Positions 36,711 through 47,500 of a stretch of 64,000 nt of DNA are shown here, in pieces; positions within the stretch are counted from its first letter, which is position 1, and each line of letters opens with the position of its first letter. Made by a program: the position numbers and the translations under genes. This stretch comes from a virus. The stretch covers positions 31,187 to 95,186 of IMG/VR virus record IMGVR_UViG_3300047564_001181; one strand, 5' to 3'. The notes beneath the pieces are model-generated. The model ran no database searches. It was given only the letters and a program-made list of their open reading frames with translations, and was not told where the DNA came from.

Positions 36711-39700
36711 TTATACCTCCCTAACTGACATGTTCATTTTTGGACCATTTCCATCTACTGAGTAAGAAATTGAATGGACATAGTATACCTTATCGTTTTG
36801 ATTAGAGATATTGTACTGCATTTCTGGATAGAATACTCTTACCTTATCACCAATTTCAAGAAGAGGGTTGGGGAATATTTCAACATTTAAAACATTTTTT
36901 GTAGTAGAAGAATTTTCAACAACCCATTGTAGCAGACTGTCGGCTTGAGAAACTGAGTTTAGATATTCTCCAGAGATAGAAACATTGTTATTTCCGTATT
37001 TAGCTCTATTTCTTTCAATCAAGCTCTTTCTTTCGCTATCATCTCCGAGCCTTCTCGAAACATAGTCGCTAAGAGTAATTTCTCCAGAATTAAGTCTATT
37101 AATTGCTACACCAGAAATGATTAATGGCATATTAGTTTCCCCACCTAAATTAATGGTTGACCTTGATGTATTAAATACCCAAAAATCTGCAGTGTAAGAT
37201 GATGCTGAAAAATCTGCTACATAGTAATCTTTGTTTAATTCTTTGAGTGATATTAGTTGAGCGTATACTGCTGGTGTAGTAAACTTAACACTAAACTTTC
37301 CAGCCTCTCTCAACTGTCTTCCAAAGTCTTCATAGTATATTTTAGCATTGTCACCCTTTACTATCATATCAGATACTCCTCCTGGGAGTAATCCTCTTTC
37401 TGTTGCCTCTTCTAATTTCATAAAGCTGCTTCCTTTACCAAAAAATGTTGAGACTGGATAGTTTGCATTTTTATTTGTAGATGCTGCCATGAGATATTCA
37501 AACATGGCTTCTGAGTCGCTTCTACCAAACATACAGATAGTATTACTTTTCTTATTAATTGACTTTGTTATTGGCTCTTTAACTTGTAAAACTTTCTGAG
37601 CTTCCCAATATACACGATAAATATTGTTTTGACCAGATGTTTCAACGGTTACTGATAGGTCAGATGTGCCTGTGTATGAGTATCCATTGTTATTGAAGGC
37701 TTCTCCTAAGTCGATTGTTTCGTATGCAACTGCTGAAACATTTACAAAAGCACTACCTAGAAGTGTTGGTTTGAACTTACCGCCAGAGTCTTTTTTAACT
37801 CTATATAGTCTAAGATTGTGAAATTCTTTATTTAAAATCTGACTTTGTTGAATATTGCCAACTTCTTCTATCTCAAGGAAGTATCCCTCTGTTCCGTCTG
37901 ATGAGTACTTTAATTTAAATCCTATACCAGCAATGCCACGATTATTAAATACATTTTCTACATCTTGTTGTTTTTTAGGCTTTTCAAGAAGTCTCATTCT
38001 AGTTGAAATTCTTTGTGGCTGAAAGTCTAATGTTTTATAAAAACCAGAAATAAATCTTTCTCCAAAGTTATCGATAGGGATGCCCGTTTCATCTACACCA
38101 GTTTTTGCTGCAACATTTTTATCAAATACGCCTTTAGGACCACTATATTTTAAGTATCCAGGGTAAGAAACTCTTTTATCCTCTTGTTTTTCATACATCT
38201 TAGGGTCTTTAAGTTTTATAGACTTATTAACCATAGTGCCAGAAGGTTTTAATGATTTATTGTATGTAGTATCATAGAGTTTTGTTACAAATTTGTTATC
38301 AATCAGGTCTGTTTCTGTTTGACCGTTATGTGCTCTAACTTCTGTTCCTTTATATCCTCTTCCAGATGAAATATAGATATAGTCTTTATTTCCAGAGGCT
38401 AATGCATTTTCTACATCCTGTACTTCAAAGTTTAAGTCTACTAGAAGACCACGGCATAGAATTGATGAGCCAGAAGAAATGTCTGACCTAATCTCTGCAT
38501 ACTCGCTTTCGGTAAATACAATACCTTTGCCAGAGTTTTGTGGAGATTTATCATCGAATATGTCTACTATCAGACCACGATATTTTATTAATTCTGAATC
38601 AACTAAGACATAGCCAGAGAACTTATTTTTTGTAAGAAACTGAGTGCCAAATTCTTTATCTACAAGAATTCTAAAATATGATTTTTCTGTGTCTGTTGCA
38701 TTAGAGTAAACATTCCTAATAACATCATTTTCGTCAATTCCAGAAATTGGGGTGTCTTTGGCATTGTCTAAAATTGCTGGAATACCATTTGAGCCAGTGA
38801 AAGAATCTGGTCCAAGAATATCTGAAATGTATGATAAAGCAATTAGACTTTCTTGTCCTGTACCCTGCCCAGACTCTATCGACCATAGCTCTGTAACGCC
38901 ATAGGAAAGGTCTCTAGAGGCTAAAGAAGCGTTGTATAGTAAATTCTGCTCATCCTCATCCTGAACCCCTGCCTGTGCTCTTAAAATTGATTTTGGCTCC
39001 TTTACTATCCCGTTTCCAGAATACCCTACGGTTGCCTCAGTAATTGGCTGTGCTGTTTCTTCGGATAAACTAATGATGTTGGAGATATATTCTCCATTAA
39101 GATATGGCTCTTCATCATCTGCTCCTGTCCAGGATTCAGAGCCTACTAGCCAAAAGTCGGTGTCGTTTGCACTTACTAGGTTTGAGAAAGCCTCTTTGGT
39201 AACAGCCTGAATTATGTTATTGGCATCTACATAAATAGCATATTGTGCTGAATTAGCAATTTGCTCTAGAACTTGACTAACTGTAGAAGAATTATCTGAA
39301 TAGAAAAAGTCCATAACAAAGTCATCTTTTACAGAGTCTGAAGACCTTCTTCTAAAATTATAGTTTGTTACACCAACATTATCAAATAGCATCAGTAGAG
39401 CTACAGATGTTTCCACACCACTAATATTTGCAATAACAATATCTGGTGCTTTTATAGACTTTAAAAAGAAGAAGTAGTCTTCAAGTTCTATGTCTGTTGA
39501 AAAATCATTGTTTTCATTCCAGTCAATTGCGTAAAGTACGGCGACTGGAATTTCTTCCTCATCTACAATCTGTTTAAAAATAAACTTTGTTCCTTGATAT
39601 AACATGTTAGACAAGATAGAGTTGCTATTTCTAGTAGAAAATATTCTGTCAACATTTGATATCTTGATGCCGCCAGTTGTAGAAACAACTCCAGCAACTG

Positions 39701-40832
39701 GAATTCCATAACTTGTATTATTAAGAGTAGTCGTTTTATCAAATGACATTACATAAGAAGTGATATCTGCATTTAATCTAGGTGATACTTCTATTACCTC
39801 TAAAGGAATAAAGTTTTCAGACATTTTAGTAACTGAGAATCTAATACCTTCTACTTCTATGGCTTGAGATGTAGGTGCAGTAAAATCTGTGACATACTGT
39901 GGGGTTGTTCCCCAAGAAGTTGTAGATGGATTATAGTAAATCTCTAAAATACCATCTGAGAGTATGCTAGTGTTATTTGTTATTGAATAAATAGAAACCC
40001 ACTGTGCAGAACTATTTAAAATCTCAACATTAAATGATACTGGATATCCAGCATACTTCTGGGTTTTAATAACAATTTTATTTGTGTAAAAAGAATCTGT
40101 ATATACAGCAAATGGTGCTGCATAAGTAATTACTCCAGAGCTGTTTGAGATACCAACTGTTTTTATTAAAGCGTTTTCTTTTATCTTTCTAATTGAATTC
40201 CAGTATCTATATCCTGCATTTTTGTATATTGGATACACTCGGTCATCTCTTGTTTGACCAGTGATGTCTCCAAAGTTAGATACTGTTAGTTTTTCAATAT
40301 CAATAATTGGGTTTGGGTTTCTAACATTTCCCATCAGATGAACAATTCCAGGGTCTGGTCTATTAGGCTCAAAAACTGACAATAGCGGGCTGTACTTTAA
40401 CCTGTCTTTATTATCTTGTTCAACATATGAATAAAAATAAAAGTCTTCTGCGGATGCAAAGGCTGTTGTTAATCCACTACTTAAAGTTGCTTGAGTAGAT
40501 GTAACAGAAGACACATAAGTATTTGCTGGAAGATATCTTGATTGAACTCTCATATATTGAGTTACTCCATGACCAGAGCCAAGAGTAAATTGAGTTTGAC
40601 CTTGTGTTCCACTAGCAATCGTAAACTGTTTAGTTTCTCCGTCAAAGAAAATACTGGACTTTCCTGCGTCATATCCAGAGCCTACAGAGTATGATGAAGA
40701 GTATGTTGTTGTATAGCAACCGTAGTCTTCGATTGGCATAAAGTCGTTCATGTTCCACTCGGCATAGACCTTGTGCTCGGATTGAATTGTTGTTTGGTCT
40801 TTAAACTTACTTAGGTTAGACGAGGTTAACAC
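36711..40832 (-). CDS. large minor tail (tail tip/hub) protein
   Basis: 1373 aa, downstream of the TMP; C-terminal 'NPLLEIGD.V.......YYV.SI.Y' hub-like motif. Confidence 0.75.
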   Translation of the reverse strand: MLTSSNLSKFKDQTTIQSEHKVYAEWNMNDFMPIEDYGCYTTTYSSSYSVGSGYDAGKSSIFFDGETKQFTIASGTQGQTQFTLGSGHGVTQYMRVQSRYLPANTYVSSVTSTQATLSSGLTTAFASAEDFYFYSYVEQDNKDRLKYSPLLSVFEPNRPDPGIVHLMGNVRNPNPIIDIEKLTVSNFGDITGQTRDDRVYPIYKNAGYRYWNSIRKIKENALIKTVGISNSSGVITYAAPFAVYTDSFYTNKIVIKTQKYAGYPVSFNVEILNSSAQWVSIYSITNNTSILSDGILEIYYNPSTTSWGTTPQYVTDFTAPTSQAIEVEGIRFSVTKMSENFIPLEVIEVSPRLNADITSYVMSFDKTTTLNNTSYGIPVAGVVSTTGGIKISNVDRIFSTRNSNSILSNMLYQGTKFIFKQIVDEEEIPVAVLYAIDWNENNDFSTDIELEDYFFFLKSIKAPDIVIANISGVETSVALLMLFDNVGVTNYNFRRRSSDSVKDDFVMDFFYSDNSSTVSQVLEQIANSAQYAIYVDANNIIQAVTKEAFSNLVSANDTDFWLVGSESWTGADDEEPYLNGEYISNIISLSEETAQPITEATVGYSGNGIVKEPKSILRAQAGVQDEDEQNLLYNASLASRDLSYGVTELWSIESGQGTGQESLIALSYISDILGPDSFTGSNGIPAILDNAKDTPISGIDENDVIRNVYSNATDTEKSYFRILVDKEFGTQFLTKNKFSGYVLVDSELIKYRGLIVDIFDDKSPQNSGKGIVFTESEYAEIRSDISSGSSILCRGLLVDLNFEVQDVENALASGNKDYIYISSGRGYKGTEVRAHNGQTETDLIDNKFVTKLYDTTYNKSLKPSGTMVNKSIKLKDPKMYEKQEDKRVSYPGYLKYSGPKGVFDKNVAAKTGVDETGIPIDNFGERFISGFYKTLDFQPQRISTRMRLLEKPKKQQDVENVFNNRGIAGIGFKLKYSSDGTEGYFLEIEEVGNIQQSQILNKEFHNLRLYRVKKDSGGKFKPTLLGSAFVNVSAVAYETIDLGEAFNNNGYSYTGTSDLSVTVETSGQNNIYRVYWEAQKVLQVKEPITKSINKKSNTICMFGRSDSEAMFEYLMAASTNKNANYPVSTFFGKGSSFMKLEEATERGLLPGGVSDMIVKGDNAKIYYEDFGRQLREAGKFSVKFTTPAVYAQLISLKELNKDYYVADFSASSYTADFWVFNTSRSTINLGGETNMPLIISGVAINRLNSGEITLSDYVSRRLGDDSERKSLIERNRAKYGNNNVSISGEYLNSVSQADSLLQWVVENSSTTKNVLNVEIFPNPLLEIGDKVRVFYPEMQYNISNQNDKVYYVHSISYSVDGNGPKMNMSVREV

Positions 40833-41578
40833 TAGACCTCCACCAAGTTAATTGATACATTCCAAAGGTCATTATATTGACCTCTTTTTACAATGTCGTA
40901 GCTAAAGTCATCAAACATAACATTATAAACCTCTACTTGTGAGGATGCGGAAGCTGTATTGTCTCCTCCATCATATACTAAAATCATCCAGAAGTCGCCA
41001 GTGTATGTTTCATACCAATCTTTAATATCTTGACCAGCACCGTAAGCGTCTGAAGTAATACTTGTTCCTCCAGGAGATACTAAAGCTCTTGAAGGTAAAT
41101 CACTCCAGCTAGTGCTAAATGTATTTTTATCTGTAACATAGTATGAACGCATGCGACCATTTAACATACGCTGTTTGTATTCAATTCTATTTGGAGATAC
41201 TGCAACTGGTTCTCTGCCGTCATCTGTTAGGTATAGGTAGTTTGTTCCAAGTTCCCATTTTGTCATATTCGTTGCAGTGGCAGCACCAGATGTTCCACTA
41301 TTTGCACTTGCAATTTTGAATGTATGGGGGCTAGTTGTAGTAACATCCGTAATAAGTTGTGGTACTGAAAAACCAAAGTTTCCAATTGTTGCACCAGCAA
41401 TTGTCACATAATCTCCAACACTAAAACCATGGGCAGAGGAAGTTGTATATTGAATCTTTGTGTTAGTATCTGTTTTTGAAATACTGGTTACTGAAGCGGT
41501 AAGTCGGATAGGCTCATTTTGAGTCAGAATAACCATTGAAGGTCTTAGATACTTTTTATTTAGTGCAGCGTATGCCAT
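40832..41578 (-). CDS. distal tail protein (Dit-like)
   Basis: First gene after the TMP; 'RMLNG.MRSY', 'SW..LP', C-terminal 'VSINL.EV'. Confidence 0.65.
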   Translation of the reverse strand: MAYAALNKKYLRPSMVILTQNEPIRLTASVTSISKTDTNTKIQYTTSSAHGFSVGDYVTIAGATIGNFGFSVPQLITDVTTTSPHTFKIASANSGTSGAATATNMTKWELGTNYLYLTDDGREPVAVSPNRIEYKQRMLNGRMRSYYVTDKNTFSTSWSDLPSRALVSPGGTSITSDAYGAGQDIKDWYETYTGDFWMILVYDGGDNTASASSQVEVYNVMFDDFSYDIVKRGQYNDLWNVSINLVEV

Positions 41579-41580
41579 AA

Positions 41581-44500
41581 TTAACTCCTAAACCTATTTT
41601 CCATAGAGCGTTGTACTCTTCTAAATTCTTTAACAACAAGATTTGCTGCTTGTTGTGGGTCATTGGAAGTAACAGAGATATTAACAGGCATATTAAGATT
41701 GTTGTTCTTAACCTTTGTTGTAGAAGTCATTACAGATGTTACTCTAGCACTATTTGACTCAGGCATGCTGTATTCTGGAACCTTTCCGCCCATTTGCATA
41801 CCAATTCTTCCGCCAACCATTCCTCCCATATTATACCCTACTCTTCCTCCAGAGTTCATTGCCTGAAGTGTTGAAAGGTTTGCAGCGGTTGCTTTTTTAT
41901 TTACAACAAACTCTCCTGGGGTAAGCATGGCTGGAACAGTATCTGTATTTCCAACCCCTGGAACAATTGAGCCTTTATTAAATCTCATCACCATTCCACC
42001 TTTATTGAGGAACTGCATAGAGCTTAAGGGAATTCCATTCCAACTATCTCCAGTAATTCCACTTGCAACCATCTTGCCATTGCTATTGTAAATACTATAA
42101 GTAGATGAGGTTGGATTAAACTGTTTCTTAAACTTAGAAGTTTGTTGACCTGTAACCTGACCATTTTGTGCTTGATACTGCTTAACGCTTCCAATGCCAC
42201 TTACTGTAATAGTGGTTGTACCAAATCCTGGAGGAAGTATACCTTGAGCATTTGAGCCAGCACCAGAGGTTGCTGTAAATCCACCAATAACAGCAGCGTA
42301 TAGTTTTTGAGCTGCAGCTTGGTCTAGTCCGTATGCGTCAGCAAGTGCTGTTGCTGCATTTTTAATTGCTGTGTCAAACCCTTCTACCAGTCCTTTTGAT
42401 GAAGCATTAACAGACTCTTTAACCTTTGGAGGTACAATTTCTGCAACCTCAATTGCTGCGTCTTCAAGTTTTTGAAGGTCGGTAGCAGTTACTTCTCCAA
42501 CCTCCATATCAATGATTTCTTGAGATTTATCAATTAGACCCTGTAGCCCACGCAAAGACTTATTACGACCAATATTAATCTTTTCAATCTTTTTATCAAT
42601 GTTGTCCATCTGTGCGTCAGCGGCTTCACCTGCGGCATTTGCAGCTTTTTGATTTGCCTTAAGTTGAGCATCAATGCCCTTGATTGCGTTATCTCTAGTA
42701 TCTTCAATTTGGTTAATAGCTTCTTCTCTACCAAACTGTTGAGCATCTGAAGCTTGTTGAATTTGAGATTGAACAAATCCAAAAAGGTCTCCCTTAGCAA
42801 GAGATGAAAGTCCGTCTATAGATGTTTGTCTTTGGTTGTTATAAAATTCTTCTGCCTTGTATTCTTTTTCAAGAAGTTTAATGTACTCGTCTGTATTGTC
42901 ATTAATAAGGTCTGCTCTATCTTGAAGAGCCTCAGCTTCTGCATCCAGTTGTTTCATTCTGGATTCGTGTGCATCTGCTAAAGCACCCTTTTCTTTTTCA
43001 AGAGCAGCAATTCTTCCATTTGCAATGTCATTTACTTTTTCCATTGCATCTTCTTGTGTCTTAATATAATCTCTTAATTGATTATCTAAGTCAATTTTTG
43101 CCTGACGAGATGCCTCATTAAAGTTAACTTTTGCTTCAAGCTCAATAGGTGGTAGATTTAAATCTTTAGGGTCGATTCCAGCTGCGAGTGCTCTCATAAA
43201 TAGTTGAGCAGATTCTCTACCAGATTCTGTTGCTAGGTTTAGATTTGCAAATGCATCGGCAGCAGCTGACTCTGGACCATATCCCATATTTCCAAGAGAT
43301 TGCTCAATGCCCATTCTAAGTGATTGTGGGTCAAGATTCTGACTATTAATTAGTTGTGCTGTTTGAACTCCAAACTCAATTGGATTATCAGCAGATTGTC
43401 TTAGTAAGTTTTCGTATGCACCAACGAAGGCAGTTGCTTTCTCTTCAGCAGTTCCAAGATTTTTAATTGTTGCCTGAACAGATGTAACAAGAACTCCCAT
43501 AGCATCTTCTGCGTTTTTAATTCCTTTTAATGTAGTATTCCATGCTGAGTTAAATGCTTCAGTTGCCATAGATTGTCTAGCAATTTCTGCAGTAATTTCT
43601 TTTGCTTGTGTTGTATCAAAACCTTGTGTTAGGAGCGATGTGTATACTTCAGTTAAAGTATTTGCCTTTTCCTGTTCAGTTCCCAGACCCTTAATTCTTT
43701 CAATTGCATCACCATAATCTTGTGTAACTGCAGCGGCATAATCTTTTTCAATCTGACCACGACCAACAATTGCAGCAGCCATACCCATAGAACGAGTTTG
43801 CTTTTCATTTTCTTTAAGGGCAGCACCTGTCTTTTTAAGTTCGATGTTGTATACCTTAGCCATTTCAGTGGCTTCTCCGTACACATCTCTAATCTGATTT
43901 ACCCACTGCTCAACCTTCATGTCACGGATAAAGTTTCCAATTTCATAGATAGTTGCTAGTGTTCCTACAACTGGAATTGCTTTAAGACCAACTCTTGCAA
44001 TTCCCTTTAAGATTCCTCCACCAAGCATTTTTTGTGCGAGTGCTCCACCAGCTCCACCGCCACCCTTTAGCATAGCTTGTTTTTGCATTTGTCTTTGTAT
44101 TGCATCCTGACCCATGCCTTTTGCCATCATTGCTTTTTGAGCTTTTTGAGCTGCAGAAATACCTCTTCCAGCTTTCAAACCGCCCATTAAGTTTAGACCA
44201 CCAGCACCAACACCTTGCTTAAGCCCAACTAAATTTAATCCCAACATTAATGCTGACATTGGGTCTAGACCAGTTGTCATTATGCCTTCAATAATTGATG
44301 GTAATGTAGCTGCTGATATAGCTCCAAAACCAATCATCATGGCTTTACTTCCAGTAAGTCCTGCAAAAAGTTTTGCTAATCCTCCAACTGCAAATTTTCC
44401 ATATCCCTGTGTATTTCCCATTCCACCATTAATTTGTGCAAGTAGTCCAAGATTATTCTTTGTAGCATCTTTATTGATAACAAATTCGCCTGGTTCTAGT

Positions 44501-47500
44501 AAGGCTGGAACCTTGTCTCCACCTCCAAATCCAGGAAGTTTTCCGCCATTAGCATATTTAAGAACTGGTCCACCCATATTAAATTTTTGTGCTCCAATAA
44601 GTTCACCCTCAAGTACGCTAAATCCATTAGGGTCTGTAGACTTTCCAGTCACTCTAATTCTTGAGTTTGTCAGCAAGTGCTCTGCTTCTGACATTACACC
44701 CATGCCTTCAATAAATCTCTTATCTCCAGCAATATCTGTGAGAGGCAAGGTCATTGTTCCTCTAGGAGTTTTAATGCTAATAATTAAAGGTTCTCTATTT
44801 TGAAGGAATCTAGATTTTGCTCTTTCCGCTTGATTTCTTTCAATACTATAATCCATAGAGCCTCTAGCATTTCTAATTTTTCTATCAAATTCGTCTAGGG
44901 CTTCCTTACGCTTTTTAACTTCATATGGGAATGGTTCTAATTGTTTGCCAAATAAAGTTCCTTCTTGAGATGGGAATAGTGCATCTTCTAGTTCTTGTCT
45001 TTGTCTCTGTAAGTCTGCTAATTGTCTTCTTGAACTTAGATACTGTCTAGCATGGAAAACCCGATTGCTTCGCATAATTAATTGCTCTTCGGCTGGTGTT
45101 GTTGCAACCCTAGTTCCCCAGTTTGCCGCACCGACATCTCCCATACCAAGTTCTTCCATTAAACCTTTTTGTCCGTATGTATATCGTCTTTCAGCACCTA
45201 TTCTATGCATGCTAGCAAAAGTTGTTGCTGTACCCTGACTTGCAGAGAAAGAAGATGTGCCAGGAACTTCAAAAATATCTCCAGGCTTTAATGCCTGTAA
45301 TTCTGCGGAGTCAATCGATGTTCCTCTAAATAGCTGGGTGTCGTGCATAGTCCCTGTTTGTTTCTTTCTAAGAGCATCTATATAGAGTTCTATATCACTT
45401 TTTGGAACTGTCTGTGTAGATAACTTGCCAATAGGGACTGAATCTGCATCTAACTTAATTTTCTTCATCCAGTCATTAATATTAAATCCTTTTTGCAAAA
45501 GTTCTGTTGCTTCTGGAAGGGCTTTTTGTTCTGACCTAGAAAGAATTTGCATAAGCCCACCAACTAAACCGCCGTTTTTCATTCCAGGAATTTTAGCTCT
45601 AATAATTGACCTTATTATTGGCAAAACTTTTTCGCTAAGTGAGAATAAATATTGTTTTTGACTACCTCTAGCAGCTGCATATTCTGCCCTAACAACTGTA
45701 TCTACACCCTTTTGAAGCGTACTTTGACCTACATATCTAATTTCATCTAATTGACCTAAGTCTCTAAGACCAACCCTACCTAAATTTCTCTTTCTTTCTT
45801 CAGTAAGCCAATCATCATATGATAGATTTGGATTTCTTCCCTGTGCCGCTGCAAACTTAGCTTGTCTTTCTTGTAATTTTTGAACTGCTACCGATGAACC
45901 ATATTTTTGTCTTAATTCATTTTCGCTATAAAATATATCTTCCAGTGCCTGAAGACCTTTGCCGTATATAAGTTTTCTTCCAGTTAGAGGCTCAACAATT
46001 TTAGCAATTAATGACTTTTGTTTTTGACCTAGTGGTCCTCTTTCAAGGACGCTGCCTATCTGAGTTGCACCTTTTCTAATATCTTCTGCCGCAGCTGAAA
46101 TTTCAGCCTGGTGTGCAGCACTAATTAGCTGACCATTTAAAAGGCTTTTAGGGTTGGTTCCGCTAACTCTTCCATCAATAATATCTTTTGTTTGTTCAAA
46201 AGTTACTAATGCTCCAGATAGTTGCCCAATATTTTTTCTATTATTTGTTAATGCGTTTAATAAATTATCATCTGTTCTAGAAAGCAAACTTTCAGAGATG
46301 TCTTGAAAAAGGGATTGTAGTTCTTTATTTACAACCAATGGTCTGGTGTCACGAATAATTCGTCTTATTGAATTTGCATCATATGATTTCCCTGTACTCC
46401 TATTTAATTCATCTGCAATAGTTCTAAATGTATCGTCTGATGATGCACCTAAGCTTTCAACTAGCTGATTTAGTCCACCACCTTCAGCAGATGTGATTAA
46501 TGCGTAGTCATTTAAGAAAGCCATTCCTGGAAGGTGTGCATCGGCTGTAAATCCTGAAGCTGTAAGTTGCCTTTGATATCCAGCCTGTGTTGGAGTTGGT
46601 GATGATGGAAGCTGTGCTGAAAAATCTAAAGCATTTTTACCAGCCATAAAGTGTGCTCTGTGAACACCAACTCCATGTCTTACTTCACCATCTGATAATC
46701 CTAATTTGTATCTATCACTTACTGATTGTGTTTTTGCACTATCTGGATAAACATGGCTAAGGGCTGTAATTTCATCTTGATTAAGAAGACCTCTTCTTGA
46801 TAAATCTGCAAATACCTGTTCATATGATTTTGGAGCAGAGCTAACTTTTGCCTTTAGACCTTTCTTTGCGTATTCTTCTTGGAACACTCTTCTTTCTTCT
46901 TCGGTTCCAGTTAATCTTTCTGTTAAGCCATTTGAATATTGACCATATGTTCCATCATTAATAGAGCGAAGAATTGGAGCAAATCTTCTAGATGATTCTT
47001 TATTAATAACAAACTCTCCCTTTTCAAGAAGGGCTGGAACCTTGTCTCCTCCACCATAACCATTAATTTTTCCTCCAGTATCTACTCCGTTTTCGGCATA
47101 GATTACTCCGCCGTCTTTTCTTCTAATAGGTCTTGGACCTCTAGAAGAAGGCATAACTGCTCCTGGTGGAGCAACTGTAGCGGCATTTCTTAAGTTTGCA
47201 ATATAGGTTGAAAGTGATTTATTTAGAAGGTCAACAGATGTCTTTTGTCTATTGTACGCACCTGTTAATTGGTCTGCAGCTATTTTTGCTGCTAATTCTT
47301 CGTCAGTAAGAATTTGTAATTGTTGTACTGGACTTCCAGTAATTCTCTTAAAGAGATTGATAATACTCATGCCGAACTTCATTGCGTTACCAATCAAGTT
47401 ACCAAAAATACCAGCAAGCATAAGAATTGGACCAGATACTGCTGCTACTCCAGCTAGAATCTTAGCAAAGTTTTTAATTGGTGTAGGTAAGTTATTAAAT

